Shown here: positions 13,182-27,477 of the stretch, piece by piece | Position numbering within the stretch: the stretch's first letter is position 1 | Layout of the letters: every line of letters starts with the position of its first letter | DNA from: Balanoglossus misakiensis | Taxonomy: Eukaryota; Animalia; Hemichordata | DNA length: 64,000 bases | Direction of reading: 5' to 3' | Assembly: GCA_040954595.2 (NCBI GenBank) | Contig: CM082577.2 | Span: 17,954,303-18,018,302, forward strand | Program-made: the position numbers and the translations under genes | Notes under the pieces: model-generated | What the model saw: the letters and a program-made list of their open reading frames with translations, nothing else | Database searches by the model: none | What the model was told of the DNA's origin: nothing

Positions 13182-14617
13182 GTGAGTACATTGTAGTCCT
13201 GTTGTTGTGCCTGCAGAAATAATTAATTGTCTTTATTTGTCCAAGTCCATGCTTGCTTTAGACTAGTAGTTATTGGTGTGGATAGTGTGTGCATTTCTGT
13301 AGTGTCTTTAATACAAGCATGTTTTCCTGTTCAATTTGAAAAAAGTAGAAATCAAATTACACCCTGTTATTTCCCATATACATGTACTATATAGTAAAAC
13401 TTACATAATTGTTTAAAAAAAAGAATGCAACAAACCCTGTAGTATAACTTGGTCGCAGTTCCTCCAACACTGGTCTAGCAACAGAATGCCACCCTTTGCC
13501 AATATTGTCATTGATAGGAAAACAAAAAATTATAATGTCTCTTTCCACCCATTTAAGAGTAGGGCATGTAGCCAATTATACATTTAACTTGGTTTAACAA
13601 GAATCTTTATTGAACAACAAACTTCACAAAGACAATAAAATATGTAGGCTGATAGATTCAGTCGTTTTCAGGTGTTCCAACCATCCGGGACCTTCAAACG
13701 TAACCATATCTGTTCTTTGAAAACATTTTTTTGCAACAAATCAGATTGCAAGATGGAGTTTAATTGACAGTTTTGTGAAATAAAACCACCCATATGGCTT
13801 GTGAAGAGCGTGATTGTAACCTGCCTCAGACCCCTATGTGATATGTCTTGTGACTATTCGAGCAATCAACCATTGAAGCCACTGCAGGCCTCTCATGACT
13901 GTTTTCTGATAATATTGGTGGATTAGCAGTGTTTTAGCCAGCTTTTGAAAGCATGGGGCATTGTGACCCACAGCACGGGGTCAGCTTGATGAAAAGAGTA
14001 AATTAACTTGACTATATTTTGAGTGAGGTGCAAACCAAATACATTAAAACATGAAAACAAAAAACAACAAATTTAAAATGATAATACAATAGATTCATGA
14101 AGGTATATTCACCAGGGAAAAGTTAATGTGAATCTGTCCTCAGTAGAGATTTTCTTCCAAAACTCATAAAGTTTTTAAAAAGTAACATACCGGTAACTGC
14201 TATAATGCTTTTAAGCAAGATCAAAGAACATCGCTTAGAGAGATGATGCCCAGTGACTCTCTACGTGGACTGCCCTAGGGGAGAATGTACACCATCACAC
14301 AAAAGGATCACAATGAGATTGTATTGACGGCAACCTGTAGTCACTTGACCAGTGTTGGAGAAAGTGTGGTTTGGTCTACATAGCAATGGCAATGTTTAGC
14401 TTAACAGTCGAGTATTACCAATTACAACAAATTGCTTATGCTATTGCTGTGGCAAAAAGTGATACATGTATCAGGAGTAGCTCCAAAATTCTTGAATTCC
14501 AACAAGAGTGACTATACATGCCAGAAGATCAGGGCACTTATATCACTGTGTTCATTGCTTTGTCCAGGTTACTTAAAGCTCTCTCGTGTTGTGTTTCTAT
14601 CTATGTTGTTCTTATAG

Positions 14618-14678
14618 CCAAGTGAACTGAAAAGCCAAGAACTGGAAGATTTACTGGAGATTCTTATCCAGAATGGAT
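14618..14678 (+). CDS. MRTF: MRTF exon not in the ORF track (PSELKSQELEDLLEILIQNG)
   Basis: TTATAG acceptor, T|GTAAGT donor. Matches the conserved MRTF motif SQQMDDLFDILIQSG, and phases fit both neighbours. Confidence 0.9.
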
Positions 14679-15457
14679 GTAAGTAGTAAACCTTCATATA
14701 CAGAGATCATGTTTACGCTTAATATGTGCACATTTGATGCAAAAATATCATTTGAATTGAAAATGGGATCCAACGCATCATTCAAATTTGATATGTACAT
14801 CGTGCAGGTTTTGTCATGTAAAGGAGTGGCAAGATACAATAATGTTCTGATAGGTTAATGTAAATACCCCAATTCTCAAATTATATTTGCTATCGTGATC
14901 ACAGCAGCTGTTCAGTTGTGGGCTTTAGCCTTGCAGTACATGTAGTGTACACAAGGTTGTTCCTGGTGTGTGTCTGTTAACATTCAGCAACTTCCTTCTT
15001 GATACAGTATTAAAATGAATGACAGAATTTCTCTCTCTTATTGTTTTTAAAAACCCTGCCAATGATATTATGAGTCTCAATACTTTTACTTCTTTTGAAC
15101 CGTTTGATATGAAAGAGAAAGTATAAAAGCTCTTATCTCAAATAAGTGATGGTTAGAAGAAATCGAGAGCCAAAGGAATAAGCCATTCTTTCCCAAGTTA
15201 ATTGTAATGTCTGGAGATAATTGCTATGGGCGAAAAGGACAAATTTATGGTGGAATGTGAATGTTTTTGGGTAAGGAGGCTATCGTAGGGAATTGTAAAA
15301 GTGAAATGACCTGGTTTTGTTGTGAATTGCATCTCTTGACACCCAGCTGTTTTAAGAAACCACTGGGAATGTAAAACTGCAGCCAAATTATTCATGTTGG
15401 ATTGTGTGTACAGCTTTCTAGCATATTGCTGATATTGTCTTTCTGTATACTCTGCAG

Positions 15458-16266
15458 ATAAACCACCATCAACACCTAGAGTTACAGAGGCATACCATTT
15501 ACCAACTATGGCTCCTGCATCGGCTAACTTGACTTCAGCAACTTTCCCAGCAACTGTGACAGCAAGTACAGGATCAGGTGCAGCCACTGTACTGTTTACA
15601 ACCTTGCCTGTCAATGTATCTGCCACTCAACAAAATGTACCAGCTACCAGCAATACCATAGTCCTGGGTCAACCTATTTCTATGACAACCAATCATACTG
15701 TGACAACATCTGCAATTTCTACCAGCAGCACATCACGTAATAGACAAGCACCACCAGCATTGAAAATTACCAAAGCAATAAATGCCCTTGCTAGAGGAGA
15801 TATTGTCACAAAGCCTGCAACTCAGCAACAGCAGCAGCAGCCGTACATGGCAGAGCTGCCCATGGATGTGGACAGTGGAGACCCTACTTTGGCATCCCTG
15901 GACATTCTCAGTAATGATAGGGACATGTTAGATTTGCATAAAAATCAGAGCAATGGCTCAGATGTGCCCAAGGTGAAGATAGAACCAAGTGAAGCTGATT
16001 CAAATCAAAACTCTCATTGTCAGTTTGGTACTCATAGCATAGAATCAGATTTGGACTGGCTGAGTTTGATCAACAGTTCAGGAACTGGGCTTACTCCAGT
16101 AACAGGGTTGACACCAGTTCCAACTTTTCCGATGGATTCTGGTATTGGCACACCCTCATTTCCAGGAGACCACTTCCTGAACTTTTTTGACTTAACAGAT
16201 GTGAGCACACCAACAGAACTACACCACTTAGAAGGGGACCAGCTAGACAATATACCTATAGATTGA
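15458..16266 (+). CDS. MRTF: MRTF terminal coding exon (transactivation domain)
   Basis: CTGCAG acceptor in phase 1, in frame with ORF 15508-16266. S/T-rich with acidic DLDWLSL, ending in TGA. Confidence 0.88.
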
Positions 16267-16950
16267 CCTCATTGTGTTTAACAAATTGCATTCAACTGAA
16301 TGTACTCAGCACGTGCAAGTTCTTATGAAGTCATTGAGGTTGTGTGATCTGACAAGCTGGATGTCACAGTGTCTTCACTACATTCTCTAAATACGAGAGC
16401 AGTGACAAGTTATTTCCATTGTTTTGCCACATCACTCATCACTGTACACGAAATGGTCCATAAACTCCTTTATGTATGCTTCATAAAAAAGAAAGCTTTT
16501 GATCGAGTCATCTTGTATTGATGTTCTTTTTGTTAAAACCAATCTTTCGAAATCATAGAAGCATAATATAGGCAAACAGAAAAGATGTATTTTTGTATCA
16601 CAGGAGACTTTCAATATCCTTGTAACTAGCAGCTCAGTACAGCCAAAAGGAGCTCGGCCATGTTCCCAGCTAGCTCACATCTCTGTAATACAGGGGTGTG
16701 GGTGGTATTTGTAATCTTCTCTTACAGACTTCTCACACCCGATCTACAGAGATGCTCACACAGCCATTAAAGGGAGGTGAGCAGCAGCCCTGGTTTTTTT
16801 CATTTGTGCTGTCCATATGTACATGAAATGAAGCTGTGCACATTTGCATATGTACAATTTCAATGCAAAAATTTGTATCAGTTCTGTTTGTATGATCCCA
16901 TTTTTCCTCATTCAACCAAACTTTTCATTAGCAACCATTATCATTCATTA

Positions 16951-17711
16951 TATTATACCAGTATATTGATGGTGTAAATCACGCTATTTTATTGGTCGAG
17001 ACACGACACGTGACTGTGATATTTCGCCATATACCACAGTCATATATCATAGTCAAAGAAAATGCCTTTTTAAAATGTTTTATGCAAAGTTTCAATATAC
17101 TGGCATAATCGCTCGTGCTTATATGTCGTGAACTGGTCAAAATCTTGTGGTATACCATGGCTGGGGGTGTTTTATTGCTTAAATATGAATCCTGTAAAAT
17201 TGCCTTAACAAAGTCTTAAAAATTAGCATCACATATTATAACTTTGAGTTAAAGTTTTTGTGACATGGTAAAGTGGTTTTCGTAAAACATGGAGTTTTAA
17301 CTCCACAGTTATATTGACAGTTTTGATGACATCATCAAGATATCTATTGGTATCAACAAACTGCCTAACTGAAGTGTCTGCCAGTAAGCCAATATTATAT
17401 TATACCAGTATATTGATGGTGTAAATCACGCTATTTGATTGGTCGAGACACGACACGTGACCGTGATATATTAGCCATATACCACAGTCATATAACATAG
17501 TCAAAGAAAATGCCTTTTTAAAATGTTTTATGCAAAGTTTCAATATACTGGTATAATATAATAGCAATAAAACACCCCCAGCCATGGTATACCACGAGAT
17601 TTTGACCAGTTCAACTCCATATACGCACTCGCTATCGCTCGTGCGTATATGTCGTGAACTGGTCAAAATCTCATGGTATACCATGGCTGGGGGTGTTTTA
17701 TTGCTTAAATA
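16951..17711. mobile_element. Two direct copies (16951-17185 internally deleted; ~17398-17711) of a hairpin plus subterminal-IR element in the probable MRTF 3' UTR
   Basis: Both start TATTATACCAGTATATTGATGGTGTAAATCACGC. Inner IR TCAATATACTGGTATA. Terminal hairpin arms at ~17563-17612 / 17656-17705. Confidence 0.75.
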
Positions 17712-20663
17712 ATACACAGCATATATCAGCTCTGGATAGTGATAGTATTTCAGACTGATAACATTTTGCCTCAAAATTGATGTTCTTTACATATTTTGTT
17801 GCACCAAAAAAAATGCAATTGGATACACTACCTGGTATACACCAAATGTACTCGTCTCAGCTTATTCAAGTTTTGCCCTACTGGTAGACAGTTGTACAAT
17901 CTGTTACTGTATTTGTACAGTACACAGAGTCTCAATACAGTCAACACATGCGTGTATGTGTCTCTGTACTGAGTGACTAAAGCTTTCTTTGTTTGGCTCT
18001 ATGCCAATTTATTTGCATAATTTGTCAACATTTTTTAGTTCTTGTCTTCTGATATTCGCTCCCCAAAATTAAATTGACATTAAGGTGAATCAAGAATGAT
18101 AGGGTTACACACAAAAGATGGCCGTTTATGGACTGTGTGTGTGGCATTAGTCTTGCCCACAGCCTGTACAATACACCATGGAGTCCATATATAGCTATAT
18201 TTTGTGAAGAGCCATATATTACTTGTAGTGAACAGCTTATACATTTATTCTGTGAAATTAGTTTGATTTTTATTATGCTGTCTGATTCAATTGTAGGCAT
18301 ATTTTCTACATTTGCAGATAAATGTGACATTTACTAGAATTTGTCTATCTTAGCAATCATGCTATTTTATATTGATTTGTCTGCATCTGTTTCCTGGAAA
18401 GACATTGAAAATGTTGGGATTTCAGAGTTGTTGGTTTTGATCTGCCCGAAATAGATTCTTAATTTGACTCCTGCAACTGAGCTGGTGCAGGATTACAATT
18501 CATTTTATTATATAAAGGAACTGAGGACTATAGTGCATTTGCACAACCCACTTATAGTTGCCATATTGCTCATATATTTCATGGCTCTTAGAGCTAGAAG
18601 TTATATTATTTTCATTCAGTCTTGTACAAAAATAAAAAGTAAGAAAAAAAATATTGTTAAGAAAAAGTAAGACAATCTGAATTGAATACTGTAACTTGGG
18701 TTTGTGTATAATGCAAATCACTGCAATGGCGTTAAGATACTGGCTACAATATTCAGTTGATGTGTGTGGCCACTAGATGACAAGAAACTCCAAAAAGTCA
18801 TCGTGTGATAATGTAGCTCAAGTATTCTCTTTTTTTCATATTCATTGATTTTGTTTAAAGTGTGCAAAATGCTTCTGCTCACAAATTTGTTTATACAGGA
18901 AACATAATACTTTATGGATAAAATGGTGTCCAGGTGAACGTCATACGAATTTTGATATCATTCAATGTTATAGTTAAGTAGTTGTCTTTCTACACAATCT
19001 TTATGTGAAACGTTTAAAAGAATAAATTTTCAAGACAGTGTGTAGAAAAGTTTAAAAGTAGAGTGACACATTCATCTCAAACACTGATAGAAAAGAGTCC
19101 AGAAAATAAGTGTGTTTTACATGCATGATGGTGAAAGCATCAAAGGACTTTATTACGTAGCACTCAAATTATTAATAAAACAAGAAGAAGAAAATGAGAG
19201 AAAAAAATCACTTAACCACATGACTGAGCAATGCTGGTTATATATCATTGGTGCTTTAGTACAAAAATTCAATACGTGAACTTTCATGTAGAATTCTTTG
19301 CATTTATCCTAGGTCAACTATAAGAAGTTCTAAAAGGGAAACAAGCTGTAACGTTTGATTCCGAGTCCTTTTTCCTATACATCTACAAATTCATGATACA
19401 GTAGTCACTTAGTAAGTAATGCATGCATGCTTTTAATTTGGGTAATGTTTTACTAGCTAAGTGCCATTTTGTAAGATGCTTTTATTGGAAAATCAAAACC
19501 AGTACATTCACAGAAGAAGAAAAAACAATTCTGAAAACTGTGTCAAAAGTTGCAGCTTTGGACCCCATAATACCTTTTACAATAAGTGTGCAAGGTTTTA
19601 TTCTAACTTGTGGGATTACTCCTATAAGACTACTCTGCGTGGTCAAATGTTTTATACTGTACAGAAAACAAATCTGTCTGAAACAGAAATTATTCAGAGA
19701 AATGAATTATTTTGTAACATTGACATGTTTGCAAGTTATGTGTCATATAACCATACGATATCGTAATGTTGTAAATAGATTTACTCCATTGGCACTGTAT
19801 GATAGATGCATTTTGTCAGCTCACTTTTGATGGTTTGCAAGACTTGCATGAGAAAGACTGTCCATGCTTCAATTAGCTGTCAAAATGAATGTCACAAATT
19901 ATTTATCTGGAATATTGATAAATGCATCTTAAGTTTTAGTACTCTTCTGCTGATATGTTTAGACATTTGTAGATAGAAGTCTTCAATTTGGTAACATTTG
20001 TTCCGGCTTAGTACATTTTCCATACCATGTACATGGGATGTAGGTCGGATAAACTGCATGTGTGCATGCAGGCGAGAATGACTTCCATGTTTGGGTATTG
20101 TAAATGTATTTACCTTTACACACCATAGTTGTATTTTACACCAAGGAAAGTGTGTTTTCCTTGTTTGCAACAATATGGCTTCTGGCAAATTATCAAGTTT
20201 GATATTGTATATCCTTGAAGAAATCAAGTACCAGTAATGTGTATATCACGTTATGTGATGTCATTTTTGTTAGAGGTTTTGATTTTCATTGATTCTACAA
20301 TTTAAGTCTTGATTCATTGAAATTGCCGATACAAAGTTTTTTTCCCAACGGGACTCCCAGGAATATATGCTGTGCAGTGCCACAAATACAGTGGCCATCC
20401 ACATTTAATTTGAGTACATTACACAGAGCGTAGGCATAATTTTGAGTAGCACCAAGGGATACTTGTTTTTTGAGACAGATTGCCATTGCTTTTGAATTGT
20501 TTCGTTGATTAGCTAAAAAGAACAGTTTCATTTGAATAAAACGTGTAAAAGGTGTTTGTATGTATAATATGCCAAACCATATTTTCTCTCTTAAAGAACC
20601 TGCCAAGTCTCAACCTGAGAGTAGCCAGTATTTTTATAATTAATGATGAATCGGTTAGAAGTA

Positions 20664-20864
20664 CTGTAAAACGGGTTATTTTTGCGACAGGAAATTTTCA
20701 CGATATCAAAAGAGGCAACTAATACGCGAGTATTAATTTTCGCATTCTCGTATTTCACTGCATCATTATCTCCGAAAAACATTTTTACGCGACTTTTTAT
20801 TTTCACGTTTGGCTCTCACGTATTTCGCGAAAATGTATTGCTCACGAAAAAACCTGTTTTACAG
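20664..20864. mobile_element. Tc1/mariner-type MITE
   Basis: TA|CTGTAAAACGGGTTATTTT ... AAAAAACCTGTTTTACAG|TA. Confidence 0.75.
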
Positions 20865-21114
20865 TATTCACTCTTTTATCAAAGTTCATTCCATTGCAAT
20901 ACACCCATTGCGACTCCCAGATACATGAGATAGATGTGATACAATACCCAATGCTCAAATACCACACTTCCAGTATACTGTGAACACAGCATATTCACTG
21001 GATTTGCAATGGGTGTATTTAGTATTCCTATTGTATATTTTAGGGGAACACAATTTCACCAAAAAAGTGAATTTGTGTCAATGCCTATTGTAAAAGTTAT
21101 GCTTAGTTTTCTCA

Positions 21115-21240
21115 AATAAAAGTTTTCATTTGTTACAGCTTGTATATACAGCGTATTCTTTTTAATGTTATGTGTCAGATCATATAATGCCTAAATAAAT
21201 AAACTGCTTTGCTACTGAAAAAAGCTTGTGTGTGTGTGTG
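21115..21240 (+). terminator. Candidate MRTF polyadenylation signals
   Basis: AATAAA at 21115 and 21194, followed by a (TG)n downstream element at ~21227-21240. Confidence 0.35.
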
Positions 21241-22366
21241 CATTAGAAATTCTTTTTCCCCAACTGCTGATTTTCAGCAGTTCATCATTCATCCTATTAA
21301 TTGCCAATGTTACAACAAATGTGACACAAATTTTACTTGTAATTTATAGTCTATGATGAGCTATAGCTGTACTGAGTATATAGCCAATCACTTCTAACTC
21401 CCAAAAGTAGTGTAGGAGGTTGATCTGTTATATTCTGGTTACAGCCATGACTGCAAAACTTCAAACCCCACACAGATAAAATATACCATTTCAAGCAATT
21501 TTGCACAGGAGAAAGTTAGCTGTTTCACAACTGGGCAATTCAACAACAATATTTGCATCCCTTGAAAATTTGTGTGGAAAAATTAATGCCGTGTTGTGTA
21601 TGTCACTCAAAGTTAAAGTCATTTTCAAACTTACAGTTTTATTCCAATCAATATGAACTAGTTATGAACTTTTTTGTTACGATGTATTTTCAATTGCACA
21701 CAAGGGTCAGGGACACTACTTATGCTTGTGGTATCATCAGCCATTCAAAAGTGACATACATGTCTATCACTTATATCCCAATAGTATGTACCGGTACCCA
21801 ATCTCATACCAATCAATCAGAGAGGTATTTTTTGAAAAATTTAATTTCTGCCTCCCCAGAATATAATGTTATTTATCCTCAAACAAAGAGTCTTAGCTAA
21901 CCAACAGCATGTAAAATCACTCTCTCCTAGGGTCTATGCTCTTTGGGTCTTGAAGTCATGTTTTGTTTACTGTCTAGAACCTCATGGTTTGACGTACATA
22001 TGGGAATCAATAGTGGCAGGTGGGCATGTACCCAAAGCCAAAGTGTCAGTGCCTTGCCATTGATTTTCATTTGAAATCTTCTATTATAGCAGCATTTTCA
22101 AACATTGCCTAGTGTGTCGATTAAAAAAAAAACATTTGTGAATTTTGCCAGTTTTCTGAACACATGACAAGTCTGGCAACTCACACTCCAAACCAGGTAG
22201 TCGACCTTTGCACGCGGGCCTACTGGCACACTTGACATGCAGCGGACTATTTGCATAAAACTCAACAGTCACATACCTTGTAAGGTAAGCATCGGTCAAC
22301 CCTCACAGTTACGACAACAGGATTTATGGTGTATGAATGGCTTGATACCCGAATTTAAGTCCAGAA

Positions 22367-23160
22367 ATAGTGGGGCAGTTAACCAAAAAATCGTGCAATT
22401 TGGTTTAAAAGCATGAAACTTGGTACAGTCATGCTTTGACCCATGGCGGCATGAGAGCGCCCTCTAGTGGCTAGAAAATGACATTCACACTTTTTGGTCA
22501 ATTGTAACACTCAGAAACAGGAATGTGGGTTGTAAAACCTGCTTGCTACCATACATTCCTTTGAATATTATCCTAATCCTGATGTACCTGTATCAGATCA
22601 TTCTTGATGACATCTTCCTTCTCAGTAACAAAGAGCAGCTGTCAGACTAGTCCTGAAGCACCTACAGAAACAGTGCATGATTTTTTACAACTGATTTCCT
22701 GTGCTCTTTCTTGGGCTTGACGTAGAGTCATCCACAAGATTGATCTGGTACATGTACATCAGGATTAGGATAATATACAGAGGAATGTATGGTAGCAAAT
22801 ATGTTTTACAACCCATATTCCTGTTTCTGAGTGTTAAAATTGACCAAAAAGTGCCATTAATGGGGGGAAAAGTGTGAATGTTAGTTTCTGGCCACTAGAG
22901 GGCGCTGTCTTTTGGGATCCATCTTGGAAAATGTCCGCCATGGGTCAATGAATAATTGTACCAAATTTCAAGCTTTTAACCCGAAGTGCATGATTTTAAA
23001 GTATGAATGTCTGTTTCTGGCCACTAGAGGGCGCTGTCATTTTGGATCCATATTGGAAAATGTCCGGCATGGGTCAGTGCATAACTGTACCAAGTTTCAT
23101 GCTTTTAACCCAAAGTGCACAATTATGCCAAAAATTGGGGTTTATATAGCTCCTGCACTA
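22367..23160. mobile_element. Palindromic non-autonomous element carrying three CTCF-consensus motifs
   Basis: Long inverted arms (~22390-22610 vs ~22725-23120), a ~130 bp duplication in the right arm, and GCCACTAGAGGGCGCT three times. Confidence 0.7.
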
Positions 23161-23260
23161 AAGGGAGAAATGGCGAAAAAAGTCAACCGACTGGCTTTGG
23201 GGTACACGCCCACCTGGCACATTTGCTTGAAAATGATCAAACCATATACTGGGTGATATG

Positions 23261-23330
23261 TAGCCTGGGCCCAGAGTGAGTGTGTTTTAGATATATATCT
23301 AAAACACACTGGTCTGGAGCCATGAGGCTA
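23261..23330. mobile_element. 70-bp hairpin MITE with 9-bp TSD
   Basis: TAGCCT...AGGCTA flanked by GGTGATATG at 23252-23260 and 23331-23339. Confidence 0.8.
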
Positions 23331-23899
23331 GGTGATATGAGATTCTAGACAGCAACAAACCTCGGATCCCTCCCAATTTCCCAAAGAGTGATTTTACGTG
23401 TTGTGGATATGCATGGGCAATATGGCACTGACCCTTTTACTGCAGGTATCAAGTCGTTCACACCTCCATAAATCCTCTGGCAGTCATACGGGGCCGGGTT
23501 ACACAGGGATAATAAAACATTTCTGAAACGTCTCAGATGAAATACTGGCGTAAATTTTTATGTATGAACGGTTTATTGTGGTCCTGGAACATCTCAGATT
23601 TATGACAGCTTTGCCTGCCAAATCAGAGCCGGTGTAAGGATTAACACCTCTCCGCAACCCATTGTCTATGCACCCCCCCCCCCCCTCCGAGCCTAAGCGC
23701 CTATTAAACTTTGTGTGTGGACACAAGCGACTCCAAGGATTAATTATTTGTGTTTACAAAAGGCAAATAGTGTCTCTGAAACATTTCAAATTTTTAGGGA
23801 CTGGTCAGTTTCTTCAGCACTTGGGTGATGGGGGGGGGGGGGTCACCTTGTTTTGGAAATGCTGAATGAGTGACTAAAAATTGCTTTTGAGTCCACAAA

Positions 23900-26800
23900 T
23901 GATTATGTTCTTGCCCCAGTAAATATGTTCTTTAAAATTTTGGAGTTTAAAGTAGATGACCGTATTGAGTCGGATCATTTACCTTTATGTTTTAGAATGG
24001 CTTTTATGGATAACATAGCTTGTGTCACCTCAGGTACAAATACCCATGACTGTAATTTCTCAAGACTGAAATGGGACCCTGAGAAAAAAGATCATGTTTA
24101 GGCCAGAGAGAAAAAAAAATCTTGTTCATCGGATTTTTTGGACCAAGTTCCAGGAGCGGCGAGCGAATAGTTTTATTTTTATTTATTTTTAGGCTGAAAG
24201 TAAATGCGGTTCTCTGGCATATTTGCACAGATGCAGACAGGGCGACATAATTGTTTCCCTTTTTACCAGAAATATCTCAGACAAAAAACACTGATACATG
24301 TACTTGTAACTGAATTCAATACTATATTTCCCAACAATAACATAGGCAATTAACTTTATAGTTGGTGTTTGCACAACATATTCTGGCCACCAGCGGCAGT
24401 GACTAAGAATTTTGTAACACAGAAGTAGAATATTTGCCGAGATCCAAAAAAAAAAAATTTCCAAATCAGCCAAAGTAGAAGCGGCGATTCCGATGAACAA
24501 TTTATTTTTTCTTCCTGGCCTTATAATAATTTCAATTCAGATGCTGTAAGCATATTTGCCAAAATTTCTATGATTGTATAGCACTGGAAAATTTTGAGAA
24601 TGCTGCAGACTGTCTTGTTAATATTATCTATTCCTGTTGCTCAGAAATGGAAATGAAGTCTAAACAGTATACTGGTAACAAACAGAACCCTTGGTTTGAT
24701 AGGGAGTGTTATGATACAAAGAGGGAAGCTTAGTGTATAGATCTTTCAATAATTTCAGAAATCTTCATAACCAAAGTAGTTTAAACTACTACATTCGAGT
24801 AAAAGGTGATTATAGACGCCTGCTACGTAACAAAAAATCCTTGTACCAAAAACAGAAACGTGAGGAGTTGGAAGTGTTAGCTGTGCAGCCAAACTCAAAG
24901 CTGTTTTGGCAGATACTGAGCCAAAGTCCATCTGGTATTTCAAGCAAAATTTCAAGGGAAGAATGGCATTCTTACTTTAGTGTTTTGTTTAAACCCAGAA
25001 CAAATGGTAATAGAGGGTATGGAAGAGTTTCATTCATCTTTCCAGGACTTTGTTCGGAGGAGCTGAATTTTGATGATCTCAATGATGTGGAGACTGATTG
25101 CTCTGAGTTAAATTGTCCCATAGATATGACAGAAATTATTAACAGTGTGAATAAACTTAAAAATAACAAAGCTCCTGGAACAGATGGTATTCCTGTGGAA
25201 TTTTGGAAATATGCCCCCCAAGAAATGTATGATATGTTGCATGTTTTGTTTAATGAAATATTGAACAAAGGTGTTTTTCCTAAACAATGCGCAGAAGGTT
25301 TAATCAGCCTGATTCACAAAAAAGGTTGTAAAGATAGTCCAGGTAATTATCGTGGTATCATGCTTTTAAATGCCATCAGTAAAATTTATACAAACATTGT
25401 AACAGAAAGGCTCCAAAGTTGGTTTGATAAATACAGTAAGTTGGTTGAAGCCCAAAGTGGTTTTCGAAAAAAGAGAAGTACTACTGATAATGCTTTAATT
25501 TGTATTGCGTACTTAATTGAAAAATAATTGTATTTCTTTTAAAAAGTCGTTTCTACTGTGCTTTCATAGACTTTTAAAAGGCCTTTGATAGGATTCACCA
25601 TTATTCATTATTTTATAAACTGGCAAAAAAGGGGATTAGGGGCAAACTTCTCTCATCTCTTCACTCCATGTACTCACATGTTAAAGCTAGCTGCTGTAAA
25701 ATCACCTCAAGGTATTAGTGATTTCTTTGAAATCAGTGCTGGTGTACAACAGGGATCTGTCATTTCTCCTCTTTTATTTTGTTTTTATATTAATGACCTG
25801 GAGGAGGCATGAATTGTGGTACAGAAACTGTTGTGTACTCTTATACGTTAAAACTCCTGTACTTGTTATATGCTGACGATTTGTCTTTATTCAGCAGTAC
25901 GCCTATTGGTTTGCAGAGACTTTTAAATCGTCTGTATGATTATTGTAAACGTTGGAAATTAACGGTGAACCTTAACAAAACAAAAATAATAGTATTTCGA
26001 AAAGGAGGCCGCATAAGAAAAATTGAGAAATGGTTTTGGGGAACAAAGAAAATAGAAGTTGTATCAAAATATAATTACTTAGGGGTTATCTTCTCCAGTT
26101 CCGGGATTTGGTATCATGAACATGTTGCAGACCAAGCCAGAAAAGCATTGTTCCCTCTGGAGAGAACTTTATATAAATTCGACGGGCTTCAACCCAATAT
26201 TGCATTTCATATTTTTGACTGTAAGATACTTCGACCTATTCTCCTTTATGGTGGGGCCATTTGGGGGACGTGACTGTCTTGATGTTGAAAAAGTTCATCA
26301 TAAATTCTGCAAGTTTTTATTAGGTGTCAACATGAGGAGAATTGGGAAGGTATCCCATTAAAACTTACCTTGATATGGAAATATTACGCTTTTGGATTAG
26401 ATGTCTTCAGCCTGAATGCCCTGCCATTGTAAATGACTGCTACAAATATCAGTATGATCGAGCAGAAAAGGGTGTAAACTGCTGGGCTTTATATGTAAAG
26501 AATTTACTGTATAATTTGGATTTGGTGATTTTTGGATAAATCAGCAAACAATTAATTGCAACTTCTTACTTCAACAATTTAAAGAAAGGAGTTGTGATAT
26601 AGGAATGCAACAATGGCACTCTGAGATTGAGAGTAGCCCTAGACTCCGTACATATATATGTAAACGTCAAAAATACTTTGGAATGTGAAAAATATCTTAA
26701 CTGTATTCAAACTACCATTTATCGTAAGGCTTTAGCCTGTCTACAGGTTTCATCTCACAATCTTTTGGTTCAAAAAGGCAGAGAACATGGAATCCCACTT

Positions 26801-27148
26801 GAGGAGAGATTGTGTCCATTTAACTGTAACCGTATAGAGGATGAATTTCACTTCGTCCTTGTTTGCACTAAATATCAAAATATTAGAGCTCGTTTTATTC
26901 CGCAATTTTATTATACCCCTGTTATCGAATGGAAATTTCTTCGATTATTGCAATCTGAAAATCCAAGCATTTTGGAAAATCTATCCAAGTATGTATTTCA
27001 CGCTTTTAAACAGCGTCAGTGTCTCCTTACTGATAGTAACTAGAAATTGTAATTATACTCAGAAACCTCAAGTGACTGTAACTTTTTTCGATATGGAAAC
27101 AGTACATTAAGGCCAGTGGCCTATAGTACCGAATAAACATGATGATGA
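23900..27148 (+). mobile_element. 5'-truncated, frameshifted non-LTR retrotransposon (LINE; APE-RT-zinc knuckle, RTE-X-like)
   Basis: Endonuclease tail DYVL...ESDHLPL from 23901. RT motifs KAPGTDGIP, NYRGIMLL, QSGFRK, GVQQGSVISPLLF, YADD. C-terminal CPFNC..EDEFHFVLVC. AATAAA plus (GAT)n tail. TSD TGAGTCCACAAA at 23888-23899 and 27149-27160. Clade assignment is tentative. Confidence 0.92.
24101..24520. mobile_element. Harbinger-type MITE inserted in the LINE
   Basis: TTA|GGCCAG..AAAAAAATCTTGTTCATCGGA ... TCCGATGAACAATTTATTTTTTCTTCCTGGCC|TTA. It interrupts the LINE reading frame. Confidence 0.8.
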
Positions 27149-27477
27149 TGAGTCCACAAAAATGCAGTTTTGAGCTCTTTTCTAACGGGGGGAGGGGGAC
27201 ACAAAGCGGGGTACTTGCCTCCCCCTACCGATATTGAGTTGATTTGCTTTTGAGTTTATTTAATACAATTCAGCTTTGAGCTCTGCATAAAGCAAAATTT
27301 TCTAACTTGCGAAGGGGACACCCCCTTCCCACATCCACAACCATGTATTGGCTGGTTTGTCTAGTGTACCAGGCAGCACAGGGCAGGGTGCTTGCCTCCC
27401 CCTACCAATGGTACTTTTCTAACGTACACCCACCCCCTTCACTTCTCTTGATTTACTATGTCTGCCAACTATCGTAA

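Noticed and set aside
15198-15626. 142-aa antisense ORF and other ORFs overlapping MRTF exons
   Set aside because: Shadow frames of low-complexity coding sequence with no independent support.
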